DNA of 64,000 bases from a virus, in the IMG/VR virus record IMGVR_UViG_3300007511_000003, positions 32,001 through 96,000 of that record; one strand, written 5' to 3'. Positions 18,792-28,974 of this stretch are shown in pieces; the stretch's first letter is position 1; each line of letters starts with the position of its first letter. The position numbers and the translations under genes are program-made. Under the pieces are notes generated by a model. That model had not been told where the DNA came from. It worked only from the letters and a program-made list of their open reading frames with translations, and ran no database searches.

Positions 18792-19737
18792 GATCTGGGA
18801 CTGGATATGTGGACGGCCTCGCTGGCCTCCCAAGAACTGGAAGGGAACCAAAGTCAAGGGAATGGTGGGAAAGACCTACGGCCAATTAACGGTGTTGGAA
18901 GAAAGCCCTGAGAGGGCCTCCAACGGGGCTATAATATATTTGTGTCTTTGCGTATGCGGAAAACGTTTGGAGGTCATAGGCACGGTACTCCGGCGTAAGA
19001 AATGGCCAAAGCATCACTGTGGGTGCCTGAAAAAACCCAGAGTTGTGGTAAAGCAGGGACCGAAAAAAGAGTCCCTCGCCCAAGAGATCGTTCCTAAGTT
19101 CGATCTGCCTGCCATTAACGATGGGTACCCTATGCCTACCCATCACAGTGGGGCCAAACGACCTGTTATCCGAGAACGACCGGAAGAGACCCGTGTACTG
19201 GACACCACTAAGCAAAAGCTAGCTGTTTTGCAAAAGGTGACAGGACAAACCACCGTCACCGCAGAGTCCCCTGTACAAAGAAAAAGACGCCAACAAGCCG
19301 TTTGGCAGGCCATGGAAAACAGGTGGAGGATAGAGAAGTCCGAGGACTTCAAAATGGGGATCAACCAAAACCATCGGATACGTCTCCACACGGAGCCCTG
19401 CGTAGCTTACTTTATGTGCCCAAATTGTGGGCAGTCCCTGGCAGATCAGTGCGACACAGGATACCCACAACTGCGACTTGACCAAATGATGGGCCCTTAC
19501 CTTGAGGTTGTTGCCATGGGCAGAGAATCAAATTGCTGTAAGTTTGGTTTCATGGTCCTGGTAGCGATCCAGTCTCAAGAGGATGGTACTCTTTTCAAAG
19601 GCCACAGCCGCCGTTGTCAACCGACAAGAACACCAACGATTACTGGAGCAACAGGATGGCTCGAAACAAGGATAACACCAATTTACCCACCCGTGATTTT
19701 TATACATGCAGAAACTGTAATCAGAAGCTTATGTTAA
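18784..19737 (+). CDS. Hypothetical protein with an HNH-endonuclease-type N-terminal Zn module
   Basis: GKTYGQLTVL...CLCVCG...CGC; CPNCG later; no HNH catalytic motif seen. Confidence 0.6.
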   Translation: MSRIWDWICGRPRWPPKNWKGTKVKGMVGKTYGQLTVLEESPERASNGAIIYLCLCVCGKRLEVIGTVLRRKKWPKHHCGCLKKPRVVVKQGPKKESLAQEIVPKFDLPAINDGYPMPTHHSGAKRPVIRERPEETRVLDTTKQKLAVLQKVTGQTTVTAESPVQRKRRQQAVWQAMENRWRIEKSEDFKMGINQNHRIRLHTEPCVAYFMCPNCGQSLADQCDTGYPQLRLDQMMGPYLEVVAMGRESNCCKFGFMVLVAIQSQEDGTLFKGHSRRCQPTRTPTITGATGWLETRITPIYPPVIFIHAETVIRSLC

Positions 19738-19859
19738 GCGGCCCTGAGAGGCGGCAGGGCACCAGGCAGGTATTCTTATACAGAAACCAATTCTCTCATA
19801 AGTGCGTCGATGGTAAGTACGGCATACTTGAACTCCAATACTACGAAATGCAGGGATAA
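19656..19859 (+). CDS. Small CxxC...HxC Zn protein
   Basis: YTCRNC...HKCVDGKYG. Confidence 0.5.
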   Translation: MARNKDNTNLPTRDFYTCRNCNQKLMLSGPERRQGTRQVFLYRNQFSHKCVDGKYGILELQYYEMQG

Positions 19860-19862
19860 ACA

Positions 19863-20516
19863 ATGTTGAGTCCACTACGCAAACCCGAGTTTTTTCGTTT
19901 CTGCATGGAACACAAAGCGCTCCGTTTTGGAAACGTCACCCTACCATCTGGTACAGTATCCCCTTATATCTTCAACCCTGGCGAGATTCTCAATGGGTTC
20001 GGGTTATCGGTCTGGGGTAAGTTTATGGCCGAAGGTCTGGACGCTGACTGGGGTATCGGTCAAGACTTTAACCTAGTGTGGAGTCCGACTGGTGGGGTTC
20101 CGCACCTCATTTCTACCGTCATTGGCATCAACGACCTCCACGCCTTTCGTATGACCTACAGCTTTGGAGATGAACAAGGTTTCCATGGTGATCCTCAGAT
20201 TTATGGGTCCAAGGTCGTCCTGTTGTTCGATCAGATTACTGATGGTAAGGAGATTGAGGAAGCCCTGAAATGGATGCGTCCACATGGGTGTAAGCCTGTT
20301 GGTGTGTTGGTAGCCCTTGACAGAAGGGAACGAGTTCCGAATGGGCACACACAACACGCGTCCATCATTGAGATGGAGGTTAAGACTAAGGTCCCCGTCA
20401 AGTGCTTGGTGACGTTTAACGACATGATCAGGTTTGTGCGTGAACAACTAGGGCCTGAGTCTCCACAGTACAGAAGCCTAGTCACACATAAAGCCAATCA
20501 AGGGATTGACAAATGA
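19863..20516 (+). CDS. Divergent orotate phosphoribosyltransferase-like protein
   Basis: ALRFG.VTLPSG..SPYIFN, VALDRRE; PRPP loop degenerate (LLFDQITDG). Confidence 0.75.
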   Translation: MLSPLRKPEFFRFCMEHKALRFGNVTLPSGTVSPYIFNPGEILNGFGLSVWGKFMAEGLDADWGIGQDFNLVWSPTGGVPHLISTVIGINDLHAFRMTYSFGDEQGFHGDPQIYGSKVVLLFDQITDGKEIEEALKWMRPHGCKPVGVLVALDRRERVPNGHTQHASIIEMEVKTKVPVKCLVTFNDMIRFVREQLGPESPQYRSLVTHKANQGIDK

Positions 20517-20857
20517 AAATCTGGTTGGATGACGAACGCCCTGTTCCTGATTCCAGCTGGAAAGCCGTGCGTTGGCCCGAAGAAGTTATTGCCCTCTTGG
20601 AGCAACATGGACCAAACGTTTTAAAGATTAGCCTGGACCATGATCTTGGTGACGTTGGATCCAACAAGGAACGAACAGGTAAACAGGTTCTCGATTGGAT
20701 CGAGGAACAAGTAGTATTGTACGGGTACCATCCACCTCTGATATACGTTCACACAGCCAATCCAGTAGCAAGGCAAGTGATGTGTGATATAGTGGCCAGG
20801 ATTTATGCAGTGGCCACCTTATTAATGGACAAAGGAGGCGGTTGTGAATCAATATAA
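20513..20857 (+). CDS. Cyclic-phosphate-processing receiver-domain protein
   Basis: IWLDDERP, ISLDHDLG, TG..VLDWIEE, VHTANP. Confidence 0.8.
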   Translation: MKIWLDDERPVPDSSWKAVRWPEEVIALLEQHGPNVLKISLDHDLGDVGSNKERTGKQVLDWIEEQVVLYGYHPPLIYVHTANPVARQVMCDIVARIYAVATLLMDKGGGCESI

Positions 20858-21146
20858 GAGGGAACCAGAGGTCCCGGCTTTCCCAACCTTTGGGCTGTAT
20901 GCCTGTCATCTTTGTGATAAGAAATGGGCAGCCTCTGGATCAGATATGGTTGGTCATAGGGAGACATCCATGGAGAATGGCACTGTAAGGCATAATTGTC
21001 AGGATGGGGAACGTGGGTACGTAAGGATAACCAAGGCATGGAGGAACATATCAGACGAAGAAGTAGAATCCCTCCGATCCCTGTACTCCACCTATGGGCA
21101 GCAACAACACCAGTATACGCTGGATCTTGGTAGCGGAGGAATTTAG
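20844..21146 (+). CDS. Small CxxC...HxC Zn protein
   Basis: YACHLC...HNCQDGERG. Confidence 0.55.
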   Translation: MNQYKREPEVPAFPTFGLYACHLCDKKWAASGSDMVGHRETSMENGTVRHNCQDGERGYVRITKAWRNISDEEVESLRSLYSTYGQQQHQYTLDLGSGGI

Positions 21147-21203
21147 GGAACCTTATATCTGTTGGCAGGAAGTAGGAAACACATTCTTTAAACGGAGTAA
21201 CAG

Positions 21204-22595
21204 ATGAAAATTACCCTTTATGACGGACAGGATTATGACCCCGAGACCTTGGCTATGTTACAGGCTTTCTATAGCCGGAGCCCAAAACCGATTGCCGATC
21301 GGGTTGCAGCCATGGAGAAGGACCCAAGACCTTTGATGGACCAGTACTATGTGGGGTATGGCCACCGTTCTATTGGTGACTGTGGAACCACTACGGTCTT
21401 CATGGAAGGTGTGTCCATGTTATTCGCCAAAGCCATCCAGGACTGGCCCCTCTACAGTGGGCAAGAAGGCTCGACCCGTTACATGGACTTTGGTAAAGGT
21501 GGTTGCGTCAATCCAGTAGGGTCGGCAGATGGGATGCAGATCCAACAAGGGTGGTTTGCCTTGTACAACCGTTATATGCCTCTGGTACGTGAGGCCTTGG
21601 CCAAACGTCACCTCTTCGAGTTCAAAGGGCAGGAGAACCCTGGTACGGCAAGGAAAGAGCATAATAGATCTATCAGTGCCCGGGCTTTCGACATTTGCCG
21701 TAGCCTCCTTCCATGTGGAACGCTCACTCAACTATCTTGGACGACAAACCTCCGACAAGCCAACGACCACCTAATGAGGCTGAGAGCACATCCGTTGGAG
21801 GAAGTACGCGAGACATCGGCCAAGGTGTACCTACAATTGGCGGAAAAGTACCCGCATAGTTTCAGCCCTGACCATTACGCTGGCGCTAATTTTAATTCAG
21901 GCGCGTTTAAGGGTGTGAGCAGCCAACAACATCTGGAGTACCACCAAAAGTACCCTGGGATCTTCTACGGAAATCCAGAATTGGATACGTTTTCCAGTAA
22001 CGATCTGAAAAACGGTGGGCTGGAATGTAGTACCGAACTTCTGGACTTTTCGGGTCTTTCCCATGCCCAAGGGGCACTGGAAGATCGACCTCGAGGTACA
22101 GAGGTACCACGGTATTTTGATCAATTCGGTGTCCTACGTTTTGGGTTCCTGTTGGATTTCGGATCCTTCCGGGACATCCAGCGCCATCGTAACGGTGTGA
22201 TTCGTATGCCTGTAGTAACAAGAGCTTATGATCTCCACCCTTGGTACTGGGGTCAGTACCAAGACCTTTTGAGTGGGTCCTTATTTACAGGTCTATGCTC
22301 ACATATCCAGGATCTCTTGGCGCGGGCGGAAAGGCTCCAAGCAGAACCTAGAGTAGAACAATACTACCTACCTATGGGGCTTCAGGTTCCAGTGTTTGTT
22401 ACCTGGACCGTACCTCAATTGGCGTATGTGGCTGAGTTACGTTCGGGTCGTGCGGTACATCCAACGTTACGTGTAGTAGCCCATCGTATTGGGCAATGGG
22501 CGCAAGAAAACATTCCAGGTTTAAAGCTCTACCTCGATAACGAACCTGACGGGTTCCAACCTGTACGAGGAGGGCAAACCATCGAGAGGAAATAA
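21204..22595 (+). CDS. thyX: Flavin-dependent thymidylate synthase, two-domain ThyX-like
   Basis: YSRS, YVGYGHRSIG, QEGSTRY, AFDICRSLLP, LDFGSFRDIQRHR, ELRS...HP. Confidence 0.82.
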   Translation: MKITLYDGQDYDPETLAMLQAFYSRSPKPIADRVAAMEKDPRPLMDQYYVGYGHRSIGDCGTTTVFMEGVSMLFAKAIQDWPLYSGQEGSTRYMDFGKGGCVNPVGSADGMQIQQGWFALYNRYMPLVREALAKRHLFEFKGQENPGTARKEHNRSISARAFDICRSLLPCGTLTQLSWTTNLRQANDHLMRLRAHPLEEVRETSAKVYLQLAEKYPHSFSPDHYAGANFNSGAFKGVSSQQHLEYHQKYPGIFYGNPELDTFSSNDLKNGGLECSTELLDFSGLSHAQGALEDRPRGTEVPRYFDQFGVLRFGFLLDFGSFRDIQRHRNGVIRMPVVTRAYDLHPWYWGQYQDLLSGSLFTGLCSHIQDLLARAERLQAEPRVEQYYLPMGLQVPVFVTWTVPQLAYVAELRSGRAVHPTLRVVAHRIGQWAQENIPGLKLYLDNEPDGFQPVRGGQTIERK

Positions 22596-22873
22596 TGCAA
22601 ATCGGTCCACCAGTTTTCCCACATGAAAAAGCGGAATGGGAAAAGCCTACCCGCATTATTCAACGTCAGGATCCGGATACTGGGTGGTTCATCACGATCC
22701 CTATGGATGAGTTAAGGGCAGGGGACGTATTCAGGCACTATGAACCTGACGGCAGGCTTATCGTGGATAAATATGGTCGCAGCCAGTTTATCACCACGGA
22801 AGACCCACGACCAGTGGATCCACATAACGTGTTTGAGTTCACCGTCAACATCAAACACTGGGAAAACGCTTAG
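22595..22873 (+). CDS. Hypothetical protein
   Basis: 92 aa, coupled. Confidence 0.6.
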   Translation: MQIGPPVFPHEKAEWEKPTRIIQRQDPDTGWFITIPMDELRAGDVFRHYEPDGRLIVDKYGRSQFITTEDPRPVDPHNVFEFTVNIKHWENA

Positions 22874-22879
22874 GAGCCG

Positions 22880-23158
22880 ATGATGACAGGAACCAGAAAA
22901 GACTTCGCGCCAACCATTCATTCTAAGGACTGGGAATCCGCCGACAATGAACTGGTGTTAAACAAAGGAGAGGCAGGGGATGGTATTACTACGGGCTTTG
23001 GGGGTATCCGTATCCTGCGCGGTACAAAGCCTGATTTTTTGATCAGATTTACCGAGAGTGGCCAACGCCAGCCAAATTATTGGCTCTTAAACCTTGGAAC
23101 CACAAGAAGGTATAAACCAGGGCCACAAGTACCCTTCGTGTTAACAGAGCCGAGATAA
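22880..23158 (+). CDS. Hypothetical protein (virion-fibre-like motif)
   Basis: DNELVLNKGEAGDG...GIRILRG. Confidence 0.5.
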   Translation: MMTGTRKDFAPTIHSKDWESADNELVLNKGEAGDGITTGFGGIRILRGTKPDFLIRFTESGQRQPNYWLLNLGTTRRYKPGPQVPFVLTEPR

Positions 23159-23169
23159 GGAACAATATA

Positions 23170-23391
23170 ATGGATTCTGAACCCTTGCTCGCTCTCCTGA
23201 GAGAATGTAACAATGCTCTTACCTTATTCCGCAAAACTAAGTACGAGGGCAGTGACCTTGAGCTACGCGTCCGACGCCAATTAGGTCTCCCTATCCGGAG
23301 AGTCTCTACCATGGCTTGTACGAGTCCTACTGAAAGTTGCAGTCCAGGAAGCGTTGTTGTCCCACCACATATGAGACCAAGGAGCACGTAG
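23170..23391 (+). CDS. Hypothetical protein
   Basis: AAGGA RBS, 73 aa. Confidence 0.45.
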   Translation: MDSEPLLALLRECNNALTLFRKTKYEGSDLELRVRRQLGLPIRRVSTMACTSPTESCSPGSVVVPPHMRPRST

Positions 23392-23392
23392 C

Positions 23393-23917
23393 ATGATTTT
23401 CGGACGCCAGGACTATAACCGCCGGATTGTGGATAAAGCTGGTTTAATCCCCGAGGATGAACCGGTATTCTTGATTCGAGGGCAGGATCCAGTAGCTGTA
23501 AAGGTGGTAAAATACTGGGCTCAAGTCACTGCCAACCGAAACCGGGGACCTTCTGATGTAACCCAGAACGCTCTCCAACAAGCAGAAAGGATTGTTCTCT
23601 GGGCCAACAAAAAGCCGGTGGATATACCCACACCAGAACCAGAGGAAGACCTATCCTATCTGGAACCATTCTCCACTGATGGGTGTTCAATGTTTCCGGA
23701 TGGTAAGTGGAGAGAGTGTTGTGTGGAACATGACAAGGCATATTGGAAAGGTGACCCCGAGGATAAAGAGGGTCGCCGCAAAGCAGACTTAGAATTGATG
23801 GCGTGTGTTGCCAGGAAGGGATACCCCTTCACCGCGTTCATCATGTACGTGGGAGTTAGAATAGGTGGGAGTTCCTGGTGGCCCACCTCTTGGCGTTGGG
23901 GTTACGGGAGAAAATGA
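23393..23917 (+). CDS. Two-domain hypothetical protein (DEPVFL domain plus PLA2/DUF1353-like domain)
   Basis: DEPVFLIRGQD; DGCS...CCVEHDKAY...AD. Confidence 0.65.
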   Translation: MIFGRQDYNRRIVDKAGLIPEDEPVFLIRGQDPVAVKVVKYWAQVTANRNRGPSDVTQNALQQAERIVLWANKKPVDIPTPEPEEDLSYLEPFSTDGCSMFPDGKWRECCVEHDKAYWKGDPEDKEGRRKADLELMACVARKGYPFTAFIMYVGVRIGGSSWWPTSWRWGYGRK

Positions 23918-24375
23918 AGACAACGACGAAGGTACAACATTTGGTAGTAGTACCCTACCGATTTAAGGACGAAGCCCTTGAATTCCTCGTCTGTATTGAG
24001 GACCATCCAGTGTGCGAGGTAGAACCTCTCTGTGCTATCCTCAAGGAGTTGGAACCCTCAGATTCTTGTACCCGCGAGGTAGCCCTGTCCACGTTTGACA
24101 CGATGGGCTATGACTTCCCGATCGAGGCCATGATTCCTCTTGGTAAATGTTGGTTGTCCAAAACAGAAACAACCATCTGCCATTTATACACGGTTAACCT
24201 GACCGACAAAACCCCAGTTTCAAAAGGGGACTGTAAATGGATATCAGAAAAGTCGGTCGTGGCATCGCCCGACCCTTTGGTACACATTACAATCAATAAA
24301 TTGCGGAACCTACCACCAGGAGTAAAAGGAGATGATTCGCTGGTTGAAGAAGACGGTCAGGAGCCGATTATCTGA
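23914..24375 (+). CDS. Degenerate Nudix-fold protein
   Basis: VVVPYR...EFLV...GYDFP...PLG...HLYTV layout; the Nudix box is eroded. Confidence 0.45.
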   Translation: MKTTTKVQHLVVVPYRFKDEALEFLVCIEDHPVCEVEPLCAILKELEPSDSCTREVALSTFDTMGYDFPIEAMIPLGKCWLSKTETTICHLYTVNLTDKTPVSKGDCKWISEKSVVASPDPLVHITINKLRNLPPGVKGDDSLVEEDGQEPII

Positions 24376-24670
24376 CCGACGACCCAAGGTGATTGAAGAC
24401 TGGTGTCAACAATTTGGCATCGCATTAGTGACCCAATACCACATGCCCTTTCATTGTGGTCAACTGGCACAATTAGCCTACTCCTCAATACCAAACAAGA
24501 GCTGCAGTAGCCTAGTGTGCTCGAACTGTGGTCTGCAATTAACGCAGGTCGAGAACAACCTGTGGATGTTGAAACACCGACCTACTGTTAAGAAAGTGCG
24601 TCCAAACCCTGACCAGGAAGAATTACACCAGATGGCTATGGCATACTTCCCCTATGAAGAACAATATTGA
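24332..24670 (+). CDS. Hypothetical Zn-ribbon protein
   Basis: HCG...CSNCG. Confidence 0.55.
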   Translation: MIRWLKKTVRSRLSDRRPKVIEDWCQQFGIALVTQYHMPFHCGQLAQLAYSSIPNKSCSSLVCSNCGLQLTQVENNLWMLKHRPTVKKVRPNPDQEELHQMAMAYFPYEEQY

Positions 24671-24688
24671 CCATTAGGAGCCGATTTA

Positions 24689-26839
24689 ATGGATTACCAA
24701 CCCGCATCTCAAGATACCATTGAGAAGAAATACCTGCTTCGAGACCACCAGAACCGACCAGTAGAAGACATACCAGGCCTTCACTTCAGGGTAGCCAAGG
24801 CATTGGCGGGCCAAGAGACAGAAGACAAGAAAGACTACTGGGAAGAACGGTTTCTCTGGGCTCTTGAAAACGGTGCAGTTCCCGGTGGAAGGATTATTGC
24901 CAACGCAGGCGCCCAAGACTACAAACCAGCTACGTCCCTCATCAATTGCACGATGAGTGGGACTATCCTGGATGATATGGATTCTATTCTATCATTGGTC
25001 CGTGAAGCGGGATTAACCCTCAAGGCTGGGTGTGGAATCGGATACGACTGGAGTTGCTTGCGACCATCAGGGGCCTTTGTCGGAGGGGCAGGCGCCTACA
25101 CCAGCGGGCCCATATCTTTCATGCACATTTATGACAGTATGTGCCGCACTATCAGCTCTGCAGGGGACCGCCGAGGAGCCCAGATGGCGACCATGGATAT
25201 CCGGCACCCCGACATTGAAGCCTACATCCGTGCCAAGCGGGAGCCTGGTGTCCTAACACAGTTTAACCTGTCTGTGTTGTTTACACAGGACTTCATGCAG
25301 GCAGTTGAAGAAGACAAAGACTGGAACCTGATTTTTCCTGTTCATTCTGGAGAATGGTGGGACCAAGAATACTTAGGTACTTGTGCCGTTGACAGAGATC
25401 CCCCACCCCCTATCGAATACGACTGGGTATGGGCACACTGGCCGGGCACGGAAGACCATCCCCATAAAAACCGGAATGGTGGGGGGACCGTCCCATGTAA
25501 GATTTACCGAATGATTAGGGCCCGTGACCTATGGCAAACGGTCATGCAGTCTGCCTATGACTTTGCAGAGCCAGGATTTATGCTGGTTGACAGACTGAAC
25601 GACCAGAACAACCTGTGGTGGTTGGAAGAAATCCGTGGAACCAACCCATGTGGAGAACAACCCTTGCCGCCGTATGGTGCCTGCCTGTTGGGATCCATCC
25701 TCTTGACAATGTTTGTAGACAACCCATTCACTGACAAAGCTACGTTTAACTTTGAAGGGTTCAAGGAGGTAGTACGGGTATTCACTCGTATGTTGGACAA
25801 CGTGGTGGACATCTCTGGGCTCCCGTTGGAGAAACAGCGAGAAGAAATTCTCGCCAAACGTAGGCATGGTATGGGGTTTATGGGTCTGGGTTCTGCTTTA
25901 GCTATGATGGGTGTTCCTTACGGATCGGAAAAAGCCCAGGCTTTCACCGAGGAGGTTGCCAAGACAATGGCAATCACTGGGTGGGAAGTAGGGGTAGAGC
26001 TGGCGAAAGAGAAGGGCGTGGCCCCTGTGCTGGACCAGGAATATGAAATCACTGCCGAAATACGTCATCGGCTGAAAGATTACCTAGGTGGGGATTTACG
26101 AATAGGGGACAAAGTAAACGGCTCTCTTTTACTTGCATATGGGTCCCGATACCTGGCCCAGTTCCCAAAGGAACTCAGGGCCGCCATTGAAAACCACGGA
26201 TCTCGGTTTACCCACCACACGTCCATCGCACCAACAGGGACCATCAGTTTAGGGTTTGGTAACAATTGTTCAAACGGTATCGAGCCAACGTTTGCCCAAC
26301 GATATGGTCGCAACATCACGCAACCAGATGGGTCCAAGAAGAAGGTGAAGGTATACTCAGCAGAGTTGATGGCGTATGCTAAATACATGACACGATCCAG
26401 AGGTGACGCGGTTTATGAACCTGATGACCTCCTGGACTACCCCAACGAGGTAGGAAACAAGCTACCGAAAGGATTCGTTGACACCGCTACCATTACGCCG
26501 GAACAACACTTGCGGATGCAGGCAGCAGCCCAAAAGTGGGTGGACTCCAGTATATCCAAGACCATCAACGTACCAGAAGACTTTCCGTTCGAGGACTTTA
26601 AGGGTGCGTATTTGTTGGCCCACCAACTAGGCCTAAAGGGTTGTACCATGTACCGCCCGAACCCAGACCGTGGTGAGGCTATACTGGTGCGTGAAGAGGA
26701 GACTCCGGCTATCATTGTGTTTGAGACAGAAGCCGGACCAGTAGAGGTACCACGAAACCAGATGATCGACTACCAAGGTGAGCAAGTATTGGCCCAGGAA
26801 TTGTGGCAACGCCTGCGACAAGAAACCCAAACAACATGA
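24689..26839 (+). CDS. nrdJa: Class II (B12-dependent) ribonucleotide reductase, NrdJa part
   Basis: PGGRIIANAG, INC, RRGAQM, EPG, TNPCGEQPL, CLLGS, IAPTGTIS, SISKTIN; no TSCPD tail. Confidence 0.93.
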   Translation: MDYQPASQDTIEKKYLLRDHQNRPVEDIPGLHFRVAKALAGQETEDKKDYWEERFLWALENGAVPGGRIIANAGAQDYKPATSLINCTMSGTILDDMDSILSLVREAGLTLKAGCGIGYDWSCLRPSGAFVGGAGAYTSGPISFMHIYDSMCRTISSAGDRRGAQMATMDIRHPDIEAYIRAKREPGVLTQFNLSVLFTQDFMQAVEEDKDWNLIFPVHSGEWWDQEYLGTCAVDRDPPPPIEYDWVWAHWPGTEDHPHKNRNGGGTVPCKIYRMIRARDLWQTVMQSAYDFAEPGFMLVDRLNDQNNLWWLEEIRGTNPCGEQPLPPYGACLLGSILLTMFVDNPFTDKATFNFEGFKEVVRVFTRMLDNVVDISGLPLEKQREEILAKRRHGMGFMGLGSALAMMGVPYGSEKAQAFTEEVAKTMAITGWEVGVELAKEKGVAPVLDQEYEITAEIRHRLKDYLGGDLRIGDKVNGSLLLAYGSRYLAQFPKELRAAIENHGSRFTHHTSIAPTGTISLGFGNNCSNGIEPTFAQRYGRNITQPDGSKKKVKVYSAELMAYAKYMTRSRGDAVYEPDDLLDYPNEVGNKLPKGFVDTATITPEQHLRMQAAAQKWVDSSISKTINVPEDFPFEDFKGAYLLAHQLGLKGCTMYRPNPDRGEAILVREEETPAIIVFETEAGPVEVPRNQMIDYQGEQVLAQELWQRLRQETQTT

Positions 26840-26860
26840 CCTGTTTGATAAGGAAGTAGC

Positions 26861-27085
26861 ATGGTGTCATTTATACAACGGTGTACCCATCGTGAATGTC
26901 CTGATGGTAAGGTAGGGGAGCCCGCGTCTTATGTTGTTTGTCAAAGATGTTGGAGGGGGTCCATTTGCCGTACATGTAAATACGCGGAAGACAGACCATA
27001 CGTGAATCGTTGTACCACGGCACTAGCTTTGGTACTGTCAGGACTAGGGATTCACCTTTTAATTACATTGGGTACATCCCTTTAA
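26861..27085 (+). CDS. Small Cys-rich protein with C-terminal TM
   Basis: CQRC, CRTC, hydrophobic tail. Confidence 0.5.
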   Translation: MVSFIQRCTHRECPDGKVGEPASYVVCQRCWRGSICRTCKYAEDRPYVNRCTTALALVLSGLGIHLLITLGTSL

Positions 27086-27104
27086 CGTAACCAAGAGGGC
27101 CGAC

Positions 27105-28025
27105 ATGGATAATACAGAACGACCAACCGGTAATTTGGCACAACAAGCGGAGGGCATGTCTTTCCGCCTCCCAGACCTGATCAACCAACGAGGTCAGATT
27201 GTACCGCGTAACAAGAGTGAGGAGGTAGAACTCCAACAGCTCTACAAAGCGTTCGGTGTAGAACCCCTTGGCAAGAAATACCGCAAACGCCAGGAAGCCA
27301 TCAACAAAGTCGAGAAGGACATGCCGATCCTGGCCTGTACGATTGTTTCTGTTGGTCAAGCAATGACCATCAAGGGCATCTGTCGGTTGGTAAACAAGCA
27401 AGACTTATGGCCCCTCTACCAACGGATGAAAACCAACCGTGAGAAGGTACGCATCCAACAAGAACAAGAACTGGTGATAAAGCAGCAGCAAGCGGCTTTG
27501 GCCAAGCATCGCCAGAAACAAGGTACGACACAGATTCCTGAAGGCATCCCTGTGAAAGAGGGTGACGGGGTTGTCAGTATTAGTTTGGACCAACCCATCA
27601 TGCCACAGGCAGACGAGCCCCTCGAGTTTGAGGACCAAGAGGGATTACCAGAGGAACCGACACCCGAAGAGTTGAAGCAACTTGTAGGAGAAACCTTGGG
27701 TATGAATCCTGACGAGGTTGTTCTACCGATAGAGCCTGAAGGTATTGCGGAGGAAGATCCAGGTGAGGTAGTTGAGTTCGCCGACAAGATGGGCACCCAA
27801 GACACCATAGAGATAGAGATGGATGGTAATGACGTGTCTGGCCAGGAATTCGGTCAGGATGTTCCACCTGTGTCGTTGGAGACTCCTGTAGATCCAGAAC
27901 CTCTTAAAAAGGTGACGGTCGAAGAGGTGGCACCCGCCGTAACCATCACACGACCTGGCGAAGAGGCCAAACAATTTCCTGATGCCTCCAGCAACCAAGC
28001 TGTTCAGTGGGGTACACCGAAATGA
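27105..28025 (+). CDS. Hypothetical protein with acidic disordered C-terminus
   Basis: 306 aa, coiled coil then E/D/P-rich region. Confidence 0.7.
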   Translation: MDNTERPTGNLAQQAEGMSFRLPDLINQRGQIVPRNKSEEVELQQLYKAFGVEPLGKKYRKRQEAINKVEKDMPILACTIVSVGQAMTIKGICRLVNKQDLWPLYQRMKTNREKVRIQQEQELVIKQQQAALAKHRQKQGTTQIPEGIPVKEGDGVVSISLDQPIMPQADEPLEFEDQEGLPEEPTPEELKQLVGETLGMNPDEVVLPIEPEGIAEEDPGEVVEFADKMGTQDTIEIEMDGNDVSGQEFGQDVPPVSLETPVDPEPLKKVTVEEVAPAVTITRPGEEAKQFPDASSNQAVQWGTPK

Positions 28026-28787
28026 GTATCCAAATGATGATAGACCTGGAGACGTTAGGTTTGGAACCCGGCTCCGTTATCTTGTCCATTGGTGCCGTTG
28101 TATTTGATCCCAATGCAGGATGGGTTCCTGATTTACCCCCCTATTCCAGAGGATCCCAATTCCATTAACGAAGTCCCTGGCTATTTTTACGCCAACATTG
28201 ATCCGGAGGACGCCCAACAACAAGGCTTGACAGTGGATGCCGGGACCGTCAAATGGTGGATGAGACAATCCAAGGAAGCCAGCTCTTACTTGGAGGTAAA
28301 CCAACGTCCTCTCCAAGACGTGCTCCATGACCTATACTATTTCTGCCTGAAGACAGCCCATGAGGCTCGGGCATCAGCCCCTCAATTCCTGCATAATGGA
28401 AAACCTATCGAGGTGCAAGACATAAAATATTTACGGGTATGGGGACATGGGGCGGACTTTGATCCTGTGCTATTGCAACAGGCCTTCCGTCTGTTTAAGG
28501 GTAGCGAGATTTCCCGCCCTTGGGGTCACCGGATGGCCCGTGATACCCGCACTGTTTTTGACCAGGTATGGCCCCAACTCGGAGGGCAGTACCCACACAA
28601 TACCCTACTTCCGGGTACAAACCACCTTCGACATATTGCGTGGGTAGACGCATGGCGACAAGCCCATGCAGTGTGTTGTGCTTACCACCAACTAGGGCTG
28701 ACAAATCAAGAATGCCCCTGTGACCGCCAAGCCGACTGTTTGGACGTAAACGAGGAATCTCATGGAAACACAAACAACCAAACCTAG
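28022..28787 (+). pseudogene. DEDD 3'-5' exonuclease, frameshifted
   Basis: MIDLETLG...ILSIGAVVFD in 28022-28168; TVKWW, WGHGADFD, RDTRT, HIAWVDA in the +1 frame; break at C6 28136-28141. Confidence 0.8.
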
Positions 28788-28974
28788 ACTACCTTCCCGA
28801 AACGACGGTCGGTATTATATTCAGCAATGGGACGCTGGACACGCTGTTATCGACAAGGATAGGGGAGAGACAGAACCGGTCCTTATTACCGACAGTTACG
28901 AAAGAGCCTGTGATTTCATTGAAGGGCTTTGGGGAGAACAAGATGCAGAGGAGGAACCGACGGATGGACCTTAA
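28762..28974 (+). CDS. Hypothetical protein
   Basis: GAGGA RBS, 70 aa. Confidence 0.55.
   Translation: METQTTKPRLPSRNDGRYYIQQWDAGHAVIDKDRGETEPVLITDSYERACDFIEGLWGEQDAEEEPTDGP

Noticed and set aside
18784-19737. Third homing endonuclease
   Set aside because: Only the N-terminal Zn module is present; no HNH or other catalytic motif was recognised
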